Positions 1 to 7,662 are shown, numbered from the stretch's first letter. The stretch: DNA of 19,912 nucleotides from a virus (IMGVR_UViG_2744054627_000004), one strand, 5' to 3'. The notes: generated by a model from the sequence alone, not told the origin. Translations and numbers: made by a program.

Positions 1-31
1 TTTTCCTTGCCATAGACACCATCCCTGTCTT

Positions 32-58
32 CCCCCACATGATGTGGGGGGTTTTTTT
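32..58 (+). terminator. Rho-independent terminator-like hairpin in the host-side flank
   Basis: Perfect 9-bp inverted repeat CCCCCACAT (32-40) / ATGTGGGGG (42-50) followed by TTTTTTT (52-58). Confidence 0.55.
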
Positions 59-142
59 ATCAAATACTTACATGCAATCAAAAGTAAAACAGTTACTTAT
101 CGAAAGCTGTAAGGGTTTGGAGCGGTTTTAAAATTTCTTGAG

Positions 143-163
143 TGTGGACACTATGTGGACACT
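143..163. other. attL P'-arm: two direct TGTGGACACT repeats, putative Int arm-type binding sites
   Basis: Direct repeats at 143-152 and 154-163 (11-bp period), 14 nt beyond the int stop; contains the TGTGGACA motif that I recall as the P2 Int arm-site consensus. Confidence 0.5.
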
Positions 164-176
164 CAGAGGGGGAAAT

Positions 177-1157
177 TTATAACGTCACTCCGCCTTTTAG
201 TGGATTCAGAGCGACGGCATTTTGCAGATAGTCAGGCGCAAGGTGCGCATAGGCCATCGTCTGCTGAATGCTCGCATGTCCCAGAATCTGTTGCAGTGCG
301 ATTATATTGCCACCATTCATCATGAAATGGCTTGCGAATGTATGCCGCAGGATGTGGGTTGCCTGATTGGGTGGTATATCAGGTTTCACTCTGCGTAAAA
401 TCCCGCAAAATTTCTCATAATCAACTTTGAATAATTTGGCGCTGGCCTCCTCTTTAACTTTTTTCTCCAGTTCCTCAGAAATCGGCACGGTTCGCTTTTT
501 ACCGTTTTTGGTTTTCAGGAAGGTAACCCTGCAATTTGTAATCTGTGCTGGTTTTAGCGTGGCAACTTCCGTCCATCTTCCTCCAGTGCTCAGACATAAA
601 AGCGCGACAAGTAAGTCATCACCAGCCAAAACATTTAACAGTTTTTCGATTTCTGCTTTTTCCAGGAACGTCATTTCAGGGTTGGCCTCCGCCAGTGGCG
701 GCAGTCCGTGAATTGGGTGTTGCCCGGAAAATTCATCCAATTGAATTAATTTTGTGAACATGCCGGATAATCTGTACATGTCACGGTTTATCGTTGCGGC
801 ACTGATACCATCACGTAGTCGCATGGAACGATAATCCATCAAAGCCCTTTTACTCATCCTGCTCACTGGTATATCACCTATGCCGCTGATGGTTTTGAGT
901 AGATGATTAAACTCTTTTGTTCCATGATCGTGGTTTTGCCCGTGATATTTCCACCAGATGTCCAGCAACTCACTCAAAGTCCGGCGGTCTGCTCGCTGGC
1001 CTCCCCATTCTTTCTGACTGGCATTGGCGATTGTGTATCGCTCAAATGCTAGTGCTTCAGCTTTTCTTTCGAATTTCCTGCGGATGCGTTTTCCGTCGCG
1101 ACCGCGAGGTCTAATGTCCACTTCATAGCGACCATCATCGAGCTTCTTAATTGCCAT
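177..1157 (-). CDS. int: Tyrosine integrase, P2 Int-like
   Basis: Listed ORF 177..1187; likely true start is the Met of MAIKKLDDGRYEV at 1157, preceded by GGAGG. C-terminal catalytic region HILRHTFASHF ... LGHASIQQTMAYAHL is typical of tyrosine recombinases. Confidence 0.9.
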   Translation of the reverse strand: MAIKKLDDGRYEVDIRPRGRDGKRIRRKFERKAEALAFERYTIANASQKEWGGQRADRRTLSELLDIWWKYHGQNHDHGTKEFNHLLKTISGIGDIPVSRMSKRALMDYRSMRLRDGISAATINRDMYRLSGMFTKLIQLDEFSGQHPIHGLPPLAEANPEMTFLEKAEIEKLLNVLAGDDLLVALLCLSTGGRWTEVATLKPAQITNCRVTFLKTKNGKKRTVPISEELEKKVKEEASAKLFKVDYEKFCGILRRVKPDIPPNQATHILRHTFASHFMMNGGNIIALQQILGHASIQQTMAYAHLAPDYLQNAVALNPLKGGVTL

Positions 1158-1226
1158 AAGAAAGCCCTCCGGCGCTGTATTCACCATCTTGGTAGCAAAT
1201 GGTGAAAATGTAATCTTTATATAGAG

Positions 1227-1519
1227 TTAGCCAATCCTTTTCGCGGAGTGGTTGGACTCTGTTGACTCTGGCCCAATGTGCGCGAGAGCCGGTGCGATTT
1301 GTCCTGCGTCCGGCGCGGTTTTATCTGTCATAAGCCATAGAGCATATTTTTGGAATGTGGGATGCATAGTGATTTTTAGCAAAGCTGTGCCACCGGGTTC
1401 AAAGTTTCCTCCTTCATATTTTTAAGTGTGCTTAGCGGTAACTCTATGATTTCACAGAATTTTGATTGGCTTAGCCCTTCAGCCTCACGCAAGGCCTTAA
1501 TCTTTTCGCTTAATTTCAT
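1227..1519 (-). CDS. C: Immunity repressor C (P2 C-like), interrupted by an apparent 1-nt frameshift
   Basis: Manual translation: ATG at 1519 gives MKLSEKIKALREAEGLSQSKFCEIIELPLSTLKNMKEETLNPVAQLC, stop at 1375-1377. The shifted frame continues ...KYALWLMTDKTAPDAGQIAPALAHIGPESTESNHSAKRIG to a stop at 1227-1229. Span is 293 nt, one short of a multiple of 3. Divergent from cox as in P2. Confidence 0.7.
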
Positions 1520-1640
1520 TTGACATGGTGCCTATATAGGGACTAAATTCCCTCAAAACTGGAACCTATATAGGTTCCATTGATTTGAGAATAAACCAGC
1601 GTCTAAACGGTTTTGAGTGGTTTAGAAAGAGCTGGATCCT
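1520..1640. promoter_or_regulatory. Immunity/early switch region (Pc/Pe promoters and operators) between C and cox
   Basis: TTGACA at 1520-1525; palindrome CCTATATAGG at 1531-1540; perfect 18-bp palindrome GGAACCTATATAGGTTCC at 1561-1578; related CCATATATGG at 1650-1659 over the cox start. Confidence 0.55.
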
Positions 1641-1928
1641 ATGAGGGTACCATATATGGACGCTGAAAATTATGTGATTCAGTATCCGCTTGATGCGGTT
1701 CATGTGGATAAATTTGCTGATTTATTAGGGAAGCCAAAGACAGCCGTCAGTGAAATGGTGAAGGCAAATAAATTACCAATTATTGAATTGCGTGATCCTT
1801 GCAAACCGAAGGCTCGTGCCGGTGAAAAATGGGTTTTCATTCCTGAGTTTAATCGCGCTGTACGTGAGGCGTTTTATAACCGACCGGTTGAACAGCGTGA
1901 TGCATGGCTTTTGTGGATGGGGTTGTGA
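1641..1928 (+). CDS. cox: Cox-like excisionase / early-switch regulator
   Basis: 95-aa ORF with P2 Cox-like features (...KLPIIELRDP...RAGEKWVFIPEFN...RDAWLLWMGL). Alternative start at 1656 (MDAENY) has a better GAGGG RBS. Stop at 1926-1928. Confidence 0.8.
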   Translation: MRVPYMDAENYVIQYPLDAVHVDKFADLLGKPKTAVSEMVKANKLPIIELRDPCKPKARAGEKWVFIPEFNRAVREAFYNRPVEQRDAWLLWMGL

Positions 1929-1930
1929 TT

Positions 1931-2101
1931 ATGAATGAGCCGCGTTGTATTGCTCAGTTATTGCGTAACGAAAGCCCCAGGGCGATTGACTTCACCATCA
2001 CCCACGGTAAGGGGCGTAAGGGAATCATTATCCGCACCAAAAAACAGAGTCCGTTAAAGAAGGCTCTGACCTTTCTGAAAAGCCGGAGGGTCTGGAAATG
2101 A
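1931..2101 (+). CDS. Small early hypothetical protein (position of P2 orf78)
   Basis: ATG at 1931 right after the cox stop; 56 aa (MNEPRCIAQLLRNESPRAIDF...); the listed ORF 1904..2101 is in the same frame. Confidence 0.5.
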   Translation: MNEPRCIAQLLRNESPRAIDFTITHGKGRKGIIIRTKKQSPLKKALTFLKSRRVWK

Positions 2102-2596
2102 CAGTGATGACGCTCAATCTCGTCGAAAAACAGCCAGCAGCTATGCGCCGGATAATTGGTAAGCATCTTGCCGTCCCTCGTTGGCAGGATACATGTGATT
2201 ATTATAATCAGATGATGGAGCGCGAACGGCTAACAGTTTGCTTTCATGCGCAGTTAAAACAACGTCACGCAACGATGCGTTTTGAAGAAATGAACGACGT
2301 CGAACGTGAACGGCTGGTTTGTGCAATTGATGAATTGCGTGGGGCATTCTCAAAACGCCGTCAGGTTGGCGCAAGTGAGTATGCATATATTAGTTTTTAA
2401 CAGTCAGTCAGCGTCGTACTTTATTTATGCATGCCGGATTGACTGAAAAGAATTCAATCAGCCATACTGGCGAATTAATGAAGAGTCATGTTACTGGCGT
2501 GATGCTTTATTCCGTGCATTACGTGAACTATTCAGTCTGTTTGAGTATGCACCGACAATTCTGACGTCGGTAAAACCAGAGCAATATTTGCATTAA
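2098..2596 (+). CDS. B: Replication gene B-like protein, two apparent homopolymer frameshifts
   Basis: ATGA-coupled start at 2098. The 100-aa ORF ends at 2400 inside a T5 run (2394-2398); the reading continues in other frames (MHAGLTEK then EFNQPYWRINEESCYWRDALFRALRELFSLFEYAPTILTSVKPEQYLH) to a stop at 2594-2596. Total about 166 aa, matching P2 B in size and position. Confidence 0.6.
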
Positions 2597-2657
2597 ATAA
2601 TTAACCAGAGTTTTTAACGCACTTAATCGTGCGGGCTTCTTTTGCCTGGAGAAAGTC

Positions 2658-2882
2658 ATGCATACAGTTTCTGAAAATCAGTGCGGTAAATACGCATTAC
2701 TGCTGCAACAGGCCAGAACCGAAGCACAGGCCGACGCTGCGACGCGCTTTTCTTCTCATCTTGACGCCATGATTCGCCATATCACAAAGGCGGAGTTATC
2801 CCGCGTGGAGATAGTCGAGCTGCTCAGTCAGGAGTCGGAAAAATTTCACAATATCGGATTGTCTCGCGGGGAGGTGCTTTGA
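2658..2882 (+). CDS. Hypothetical early protein (position of P2 orf80)
   Basis: 74-aa ORF with RBS GGAGAAAGTC upstream of the ATG. Confidence 0.6.
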   Translation: MHTVSENQCGKYALLLQQARTEAQADAATRFSSHLDAMIRHITKAELSRVEIVELLSQESEKFHNIGLSRGEVL

Positions 2883-3181
2883 TGTCCTGTTCTCATTCAG
2901 TTGTATTACTGAATAACGCCTTAAAAATCGCCGTTATGAAAAATGGCGATTTGTCTCTTATTCAACTTTGTCTTGATAAAGAAAAACGCGACATCACTGA
3001 ATCTGTTATCGCGATTTATCAGAATGAATTAAACCTCCTGTCTGATGTGGTCAATTTACTTGTTAAACGCGCTGTATTCCACAAGCAAATTTCCTCAGTG
3101 GATGAACTGACAAAATTAACGACAGAACTTGCCAGTTATTGCGCTGATGTATCCAGGAAACTTAACGATAAAAGGAGCTGA
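2879..3181 (+). CDS. Hypothetical early protein (position of P2 orf81)
   Basis: 100-aa ORF, ATGA overlap with the preceding ORF. Confidence 0.6.
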   Translation: MMSCSHSVVLLNNALKIAVMKNGDLSLIQLCLDKEKRDITESVIAIYQNELNLLSDVVNLLVKRAVFHKQISSVDELTKLTTELASYCADVSRKLNDKRS

Positions 3182-3183
3182 TA

Positions 3184-3408
3184 ATGCCGGACAACGTAGA
3201 TTTTATTCAGGAACAACAGGCTGAATTACTGGAGCGCCAGATTAACGCGGCAAGGGTAAAACATTGCGGTGCTTCTGCGCTGGTTTGCGAAGAGTGTGAC
3301 GCGCCAATACCTGCTGCCCGTCGTGCGGCTTATCCGTCAGCCACGCGTTGTGTTTCCTGTCAGTCAGTCTTTGAAGCAAAAAACAAACATTACCGGAGAA
3401 CGGCATGA
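3184..3408 (+). CDS. TraR/DksA-family C4 zinc-finger protein (position of P2 orf82)
   Basis: 74-aa ORF with AGGAG RBS; paired Cys motifs CEECD ... CVSCQ. Confidence 0.75.
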   Translation: MPDNVDFIQEQQAELLERQINAARVKHCGASALVCEECDAPIPAARRAAYPSATRCVSCQSVFEAKNKHYRRTA

Positions 3409-3679
3409 GTATTCGTATTGAAATTGGCGAACGTTATGTCGTTACCAGTGACAGCTTCCAGTTTATTCTCCACGAGAAAAGAGAGCGGAAAGCGGTAAAA
3501 ACGCCGGTCAGGAATGGCTGGCGGTGGTTGGTTATTACCCGAAATTAAGCCAGCTCGTTTCCGGCCTGATGCATCACGATATTCTGACCGGAAGCGCAAA
3601 GTCTTTTGCTGATTTAAACGCGCAGGTTGAGCAACTCAGCAAGCGTTGTTCAGAGGCTTTTGGCTCATATGGCCGTTAA
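3405..3679 (+). CDS. Hypothetical protein (position of P2 orf83), apparent A-run frameshift
   Basis: ATGA-coupled start at 3405 (MSIRIEIGERYVVTSDSFQFILHEKRERKAVK...). The frame breaks at the A5 run in GTAAAAACG and continues QEWLAVVGYYPKLSQLVSGLMHHDILTGSAKSFADLNAQVEQLSKRCSEAFGSYGR to a stop at 3677-3679. Confidence 0.55.
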
Positions 3680-5934
3680 AGCCTCCGGGCGTTTTGTCCC
3701 TCCGTCAGCATTTGCTGCAGGCACCGGTAAGGCGTTTACCGGTGCTTATGCATGGAACGCGCCACGCGAGGCTGTCGGGCGCGAAAGACCCCTTACACGT
3801 GACGAGATGCGTCAGGTGCAAGGTGTTTTATCCACGATTAACCGCCTGCCTTACTTTTTGCGCTCGCTGTTTACGTCACGCTATGACTACATCCGGCGCA
3901 ATAAAAGCCCGGTGCACGGGTTTTATTTCCTCACATCCACTTTTCAGCGTCGTTTATGGCCGCGCATTGAGCGTGTGAATCAGCGCCATGAAATGAACAC
4001 CGACGCGTCGATGCTGTTTCTGGCTGAGCGTGACCACTATGCGCGCCTGCCGGGAATGAATGACAAGGAGCTGAAAAAGTTTGCTGCCCGTATCTCATCG
4101 CAGCTTTTCATGATGTATGAGGAACTCAGCGATGCCTGGGTGGATGCGCATGGCGAAAAAGAATCGCTGTTTACGGATGAGGCGCAGGCTCACCTCTATG
4201 GTCATGTTGCTGGCGCTGCACGTGCTTTCAATATTTCCCCTCTCTACTGGAAAAATACCGTAAAGGACAGATGACCACGAGGCAGGCATATTCTGCCATT
4301 GCCCGTCTGTTTAACGATGAGTGGTGGATTAGTCAGCTTAAAGGCCAGCGTATGCGCTGGCATGAGGCGTTACTGATTGCTGTCGGGGAGGTCAATAAAG
4401 ACCGTTCTCCTTATGCCAGTAAACATGCCATTCGTGATGTGCGTGCACGCCGCCAGGCAAATCTGGAATTTCTTAAATCGTGTGATCTCGAAAACAGGGA
4501 AACAGGCGAGCGCATCGACCTTATCAGTAAGGTGATGGGCAGTATTTCTAATCCTGAAATTCGCCGGATGGAGCTGATGAACACCATTGCCGGTATTGAG
4601 CGTTACGCCGCCGCAGAAGGTGATGTGGGGATGTTTATCACGCTGACCGCGCCGTCAAAGTATCACCCGACACGTCAGGTTGGAAAAGGCGAAAGTAAAA
4701 CCGTCCAGCTAAATCACGGCTGGAACGATGAGGCATTTAATCCAAAGGATGCGCAGCGTTATCTCTGCCGTATCTGGAGCCTGATGCGCACGGCATTCAA
4801 GGATAATGATTTACAGGTCTACGGTTTGCGAGTCGTCGAGCCACACCACGACGGAACGCCGCACTGGCATATGATGCTTTTTTGTAATCCACGCCAGCGT
4901 AACCAGATTATCGAAATCATGCGTCGCTACGCGCTCAAAGAGGATGGCGACGAAAGAGGAGCTGCGCGAAACCGTTTTCAGGCAAAACATCTTAATCGGG
5001 GCGGTGCTGCGGGGTATATCGCGAAATACATCTCAAAAATATCGACGGCTATGCACTGGATGGGCAGCTCGATAACGATACCGGCAGACCGCTGAAAGAC
5101 ACTGCAGCGGCTGTTACCGCATGGGCGTCAACGTGGCGTATCCCGCAATTTAAAACGGTTGGTCTGCCGACAATGGGGGCTTACCGTGAACTACGCAAAT
5201 TGCCTCGCGGCGTCAGCATTGCTGATGAGTTTGACGAGCGCGTCGAGGCTGCACGCGCCGCTGCAGACAGTGGTGATTTTGCGTTGTATATCAGCGCGCA
5301 GGGCGGGGCAAATGTCCCGCGCGATTGTCAGACTGTCAGGGTCGCCCGTAGCCCGTCGGATGACGTTAACGAGTACGAGGAAGAAGTCGAGAGAGTGGTC
5401 GGCATTTACGCGCCGCATCTCGGCGCGCGTCATATTCATATCACCAGAACCACGGACTGGCGCATTGTGCCGAAAGTGCCGGTCATTGAGCCTTTGACTT
5501 TAAAAAGCGGCATCGCCGCGCCTCGGAGTCCTGTCAATAACTGTGGAAAGCTTACCGACGGTGATACTTCGTTACCGGCTCCCACACCTTCTGAGCACGC
5601 CGCAGCAGTGCTTAATCTGGTTGATGACGGTGTTATCGAATGGAATGAGCCAGAGGTCGTGAGGGCGCTCAGAGGTGCATTAAAACACGAACTGAGAACA
5701 CCAAATCGTCAGCAGAGAAACGGAAGCCCGTTAAAACCACATGAAATAGCGCCATCGGCCAGACTGACCCGGTCGGAACGAACGCAAATTACCCGTATCC
5801 GCGTTGACCTTGCTCAGAACGGTATCAGGCCGCAGCGATGGGAGCTTGAGGCGCTGGCGCGTGGGGCAACAGTAAATTATGACGGGAAAAAATTCACGTA
5901 TCCGGTCACTGATGAGTGGCCGGGATTCATATAA
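3669..5934 (+). CDS. A: Replication initiation endonuclease A (rolling-circle HUH nickase), two apparent A-run frameshifts
   Basis: Three listed ORFs (3627..4274, 4271..5095, 5173..5934) in three frames join into one protein of about 755 aa. HUH motif PHWHMMLF and tyrosine pair YIAKYISK are present. Breaks are at A5 runs 4251-4255 and 5047-5051. Likely start is MAVKASGRF at 3669. Confidence 0.88.
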
Positions 5935-6212
5935 ACTGAAATGAACAGCGTTGCAAGTGTGATAAAAATCATTATACTGTTTTTATATACAGCACCTTGA
6001 TCTGGAAAGATGCTATAAATGTATATTTCTATAAAAATATATGGTTTATTGATTGTGTATGCTCACTATCAAATTTATACTCCGCGCGCAATGTTGAGTA
6101 TGCTTAAGATATAGCGTTTACAATTCCAGGCTTGAAGGCTCGGGTATAGGTAAAAATTGAGTGTTCTCGGTTGCTTTTCGTGACATAAGAGGACAGCAAA
6201 GGAGGTTGAGTA

Positions 6213-6682
6213 TGTACAGCCCATTGAACATCGCGAATAAGTTTATAGAACTTGCTTGCGCGGCTGGTATGCCAATCACCCAGATGCAGGCACAAAAGCT
6301 GACCTATATAGCACATGGTATAAATCTGGGTTACAAAGGGACGCCTTTGTTAACGACACCAGTTTGTGCATGGCGTTATGGTCCAGTGGTTCCAGTTCTG
6401 TATAACCATCTTAAAGTTTATGGCCGTAGTCCCATAACACAACCAATACAAGTTCCATCGGCAATTTCTCAGGAGTTTGACCCTATGACTGAGCAGTTGC
6501 TGCAGAACGTTTATAACGTTTACGGTAAATATACCGCTGAGGATTTATCTGCTTTCACACATCGTGAAGGTACTCCTTGGAAGCAAGCAATGGATAGTCG
6601 TATGGATATCATTCCTGATTCCGTTATTCAGGATTACTATCAAAAGCTGCTACACGGCGATAGCAATTGCATCGGACTATGA
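6213..6682 (+). CDS. Panacea-domain (DUF4065 / GepA / PanA-like) protein, putative antitoxin-type component
   Basis: 156-aa ORF with strong RBS AAGGAGG 6 nt upstream of the ATG at 6213 (listed ORF starts earlier, at 6161, in the same frame). Signature KLTYIAHG...AWRYGPVVPVLY...YG...THREGTPW resembles what I recall of DUF4065; not checked by HMM. Confidence 0.6.
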
Positions 6683-6696
6683 GTCCGAATTAAGAT

Positions 6697-6722
6697 AACC
6701 CCGTCTATGTACGGGGTTTTTT
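6697..6722 (+). terminator. Intrinsic terminator between the Panacea-like gene and the next ORF
   Basis: Stem ACCCCGT (6698-6704) / ACGGGGT (6711-6717), loop CTATGT, then a T6 tract (6717-6722) that runs directly into the ATG at 6723. Confidence 0.6.
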
Positions 6723-7106
6723 ATGCCTGACGATAATAAGAAAGTGACAGCTGAATTTGATAAAGACCTTCTCAGACGATTGCAGCAAGCTGAGCAGAAT
6801 CTGATAACTGCCTCTGCGGCTTTGGGAGATGAGGGCTGTTGGGATGAAGAATCTCATGAGCCTGAGTCTGTTGAGGACGCTGTTGATGAAATGCAAAAGG
6901 AAGAAGAGGATGCTGCGACCATGCAGCGTTTGGATTTATCCAGTCTTAATTTTCAAATTGCTGAATTGAGTCGCTGTGTTGAAACTATAAGCACTAACCT
7001 TGAAAGCGTACAGGCAGAAACCAAAAGAAAAATGCGGAAACCGACGGCCTGCTTACGGACAATGAGCTCCGTAGAACTATGGCTGATAAAACATATCAAT
7101 TCATGA
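6723..7106 (+). CDS. Acidic, coiled-coil-like hypothetical protein (127 aa as read)
   Basis: Listed ORF; very D/E-rich central segment (DEGCWDEESHEPESVEDAVDEMQKEEEDAATMQ). The 3' end may be frameshifted into the downstream TM ORF at the A5 run 7029-7033. Confidence 0.5.
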   Translation: MPDDNKKVTAEFDKDLLRRLQQAEQNLITASAALGDEGCWDEESHEPESVEDAVDEMQKEEEDAATMQRLDLSSLNFQIAELSRCVETISTNLESVQAETKRKMRKPTACLRTMSSVELWLIKHINS

Positions 7107-7165
7107 TTGTTTGGTGTTGTTTTGTCGGCTGGGTCATATTTATGTATGTATTGAAAAAGATTTGA
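7103..7165 (+). CDS. Tiny hydrophobic single-TM peptide (20 aa; 28 aa if started at ATG 7079)
   Basis: Manual translation MIVWCCFVGWVIFMYVLKKI; ATGA overlap with the stop of the 127-aa ORF; not in the ORF track because under 60 aa. Confidence 0.35.
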   Translation: MIVWCCFVGWVIFMYVLKKI

Positions 7166-7193
7166 TCCACCAGAAACAATTATCATTGCGCTT

Positions 7194-7292
7194 ATGGGAA
7201 CCACAACTGTGAGTATTGTGGGATTGGTTGGGTTTGTTGTTAGTGGTTTGTTCAAAAGCAACAATAAACCTTCTGGCGACAATAAAAATTAA
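7194..7292 (+). CDS. Tiny hydrophobic single-TM peptide (32 aa)
   Basis: Manual translation MGTTTVSIVGLVGFVVSGLFKSNNKPSGDNKN. The same frame is open upstream (KRFDPPETIIIAL...), so it may be the second TM helix of one frameshifted two-TM protein. Confidence 0.3.
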   Translation: MGTTTVSIVGLVGFVVSGLFKSNNKPSGDNKN

Positions 7293-7300
7293 TCATCAAA

Positions 7301-7327
7301 GTGGCACCTTTGGGTGCTATTTTTTTG
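7301..7327 (+). terminator. Intrinsic terminator closing the cargo module
   Basis: Stem GGCACC (7303-7308) / GGTGCT (7313-7318), loop TTTG, followed by ATTTTTTT. Confidence 0.6.
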
Positions 7328-7477
7328 CTTTTTCCGCGATTTCACTGTTTTTTCCGTGCATCATGTGATGCATGAGTTTGAATGTGCTTTAGTCGAGCTC
7401 ACTTGCTTTCTGCTGCCAATGCTAGCTAGGTTTGACGGTGTTCATGCAACTGCATTAAACCGACCATGAAGCGGGCG

Positions 7478-7494
7478 GGCGAGGCGGAAAGCAC
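7478..7494. other. cos: cos site (cohesive-end sequence) of the P2-like phage
   Basis: GGCGAGGCGGAAAGCAC matches my recollection of the P2 19-nt cohesive end GGCGAGGCGGGGAAAGCAC except for a shorter G run; it sits between the cargo and Q as in P2 prophages. Confidence 0.65.
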
Positions 7495-7662
7495 TGCGCG
7501 CTGGCGGTGGTGCTGATTTTATTTTTTCGGCGTCTCAGCGCGTCGTGATGGCGTTTAGATTGTGTGCCGGGGCGTCGGTGTGTCTGCGGGCTGTTTTGCG
7601 TGGAGGTGAGCGTGTGAGGGCGTGATGACGGGGTGTAAAAAGCCGCCCGCAGGCGGCGATGT

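Noticed and set aside
1-100. Possible tRNA 3' end at the prophage-host junction
   Set aside because: No T-arm or acceptor-stem-like sequence (GTTCGAATC type, CCA end) in the flank; the hairpin at 32-58 looks like a protein-gene terminator instead.
3627-4274. 215-aa ORF that looks like a separate gene ending in an ATGA overlap with the next ORF
   Set aside because: It is the N-terminal part of replication gene A; the ATGA overlap is a by-product of an A-run frameshift at 4251-4255. The likely true start is the internal Met at 3669, and 3646..3978 is an out-of-frame artefact.
6161-6212. Upstream extension of the Panacea-like ORF (listed start at 6161)
   Set aside because: The internal ATG at 6213 has a near-perfect AAGGAGG Shine-Dalgarno 6 nt upstream; the extension lies in AT-rich promoter-like DNA.
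6953-7282. 109-aa minus-strand ORF in the cargo region
   Set aside because: Antisense to the hydrophobic small ORFs, low-complexity (Leu/Thr/Asn-rich), no RBS; considered a mirror-image artefact, though not excluded with certainty.
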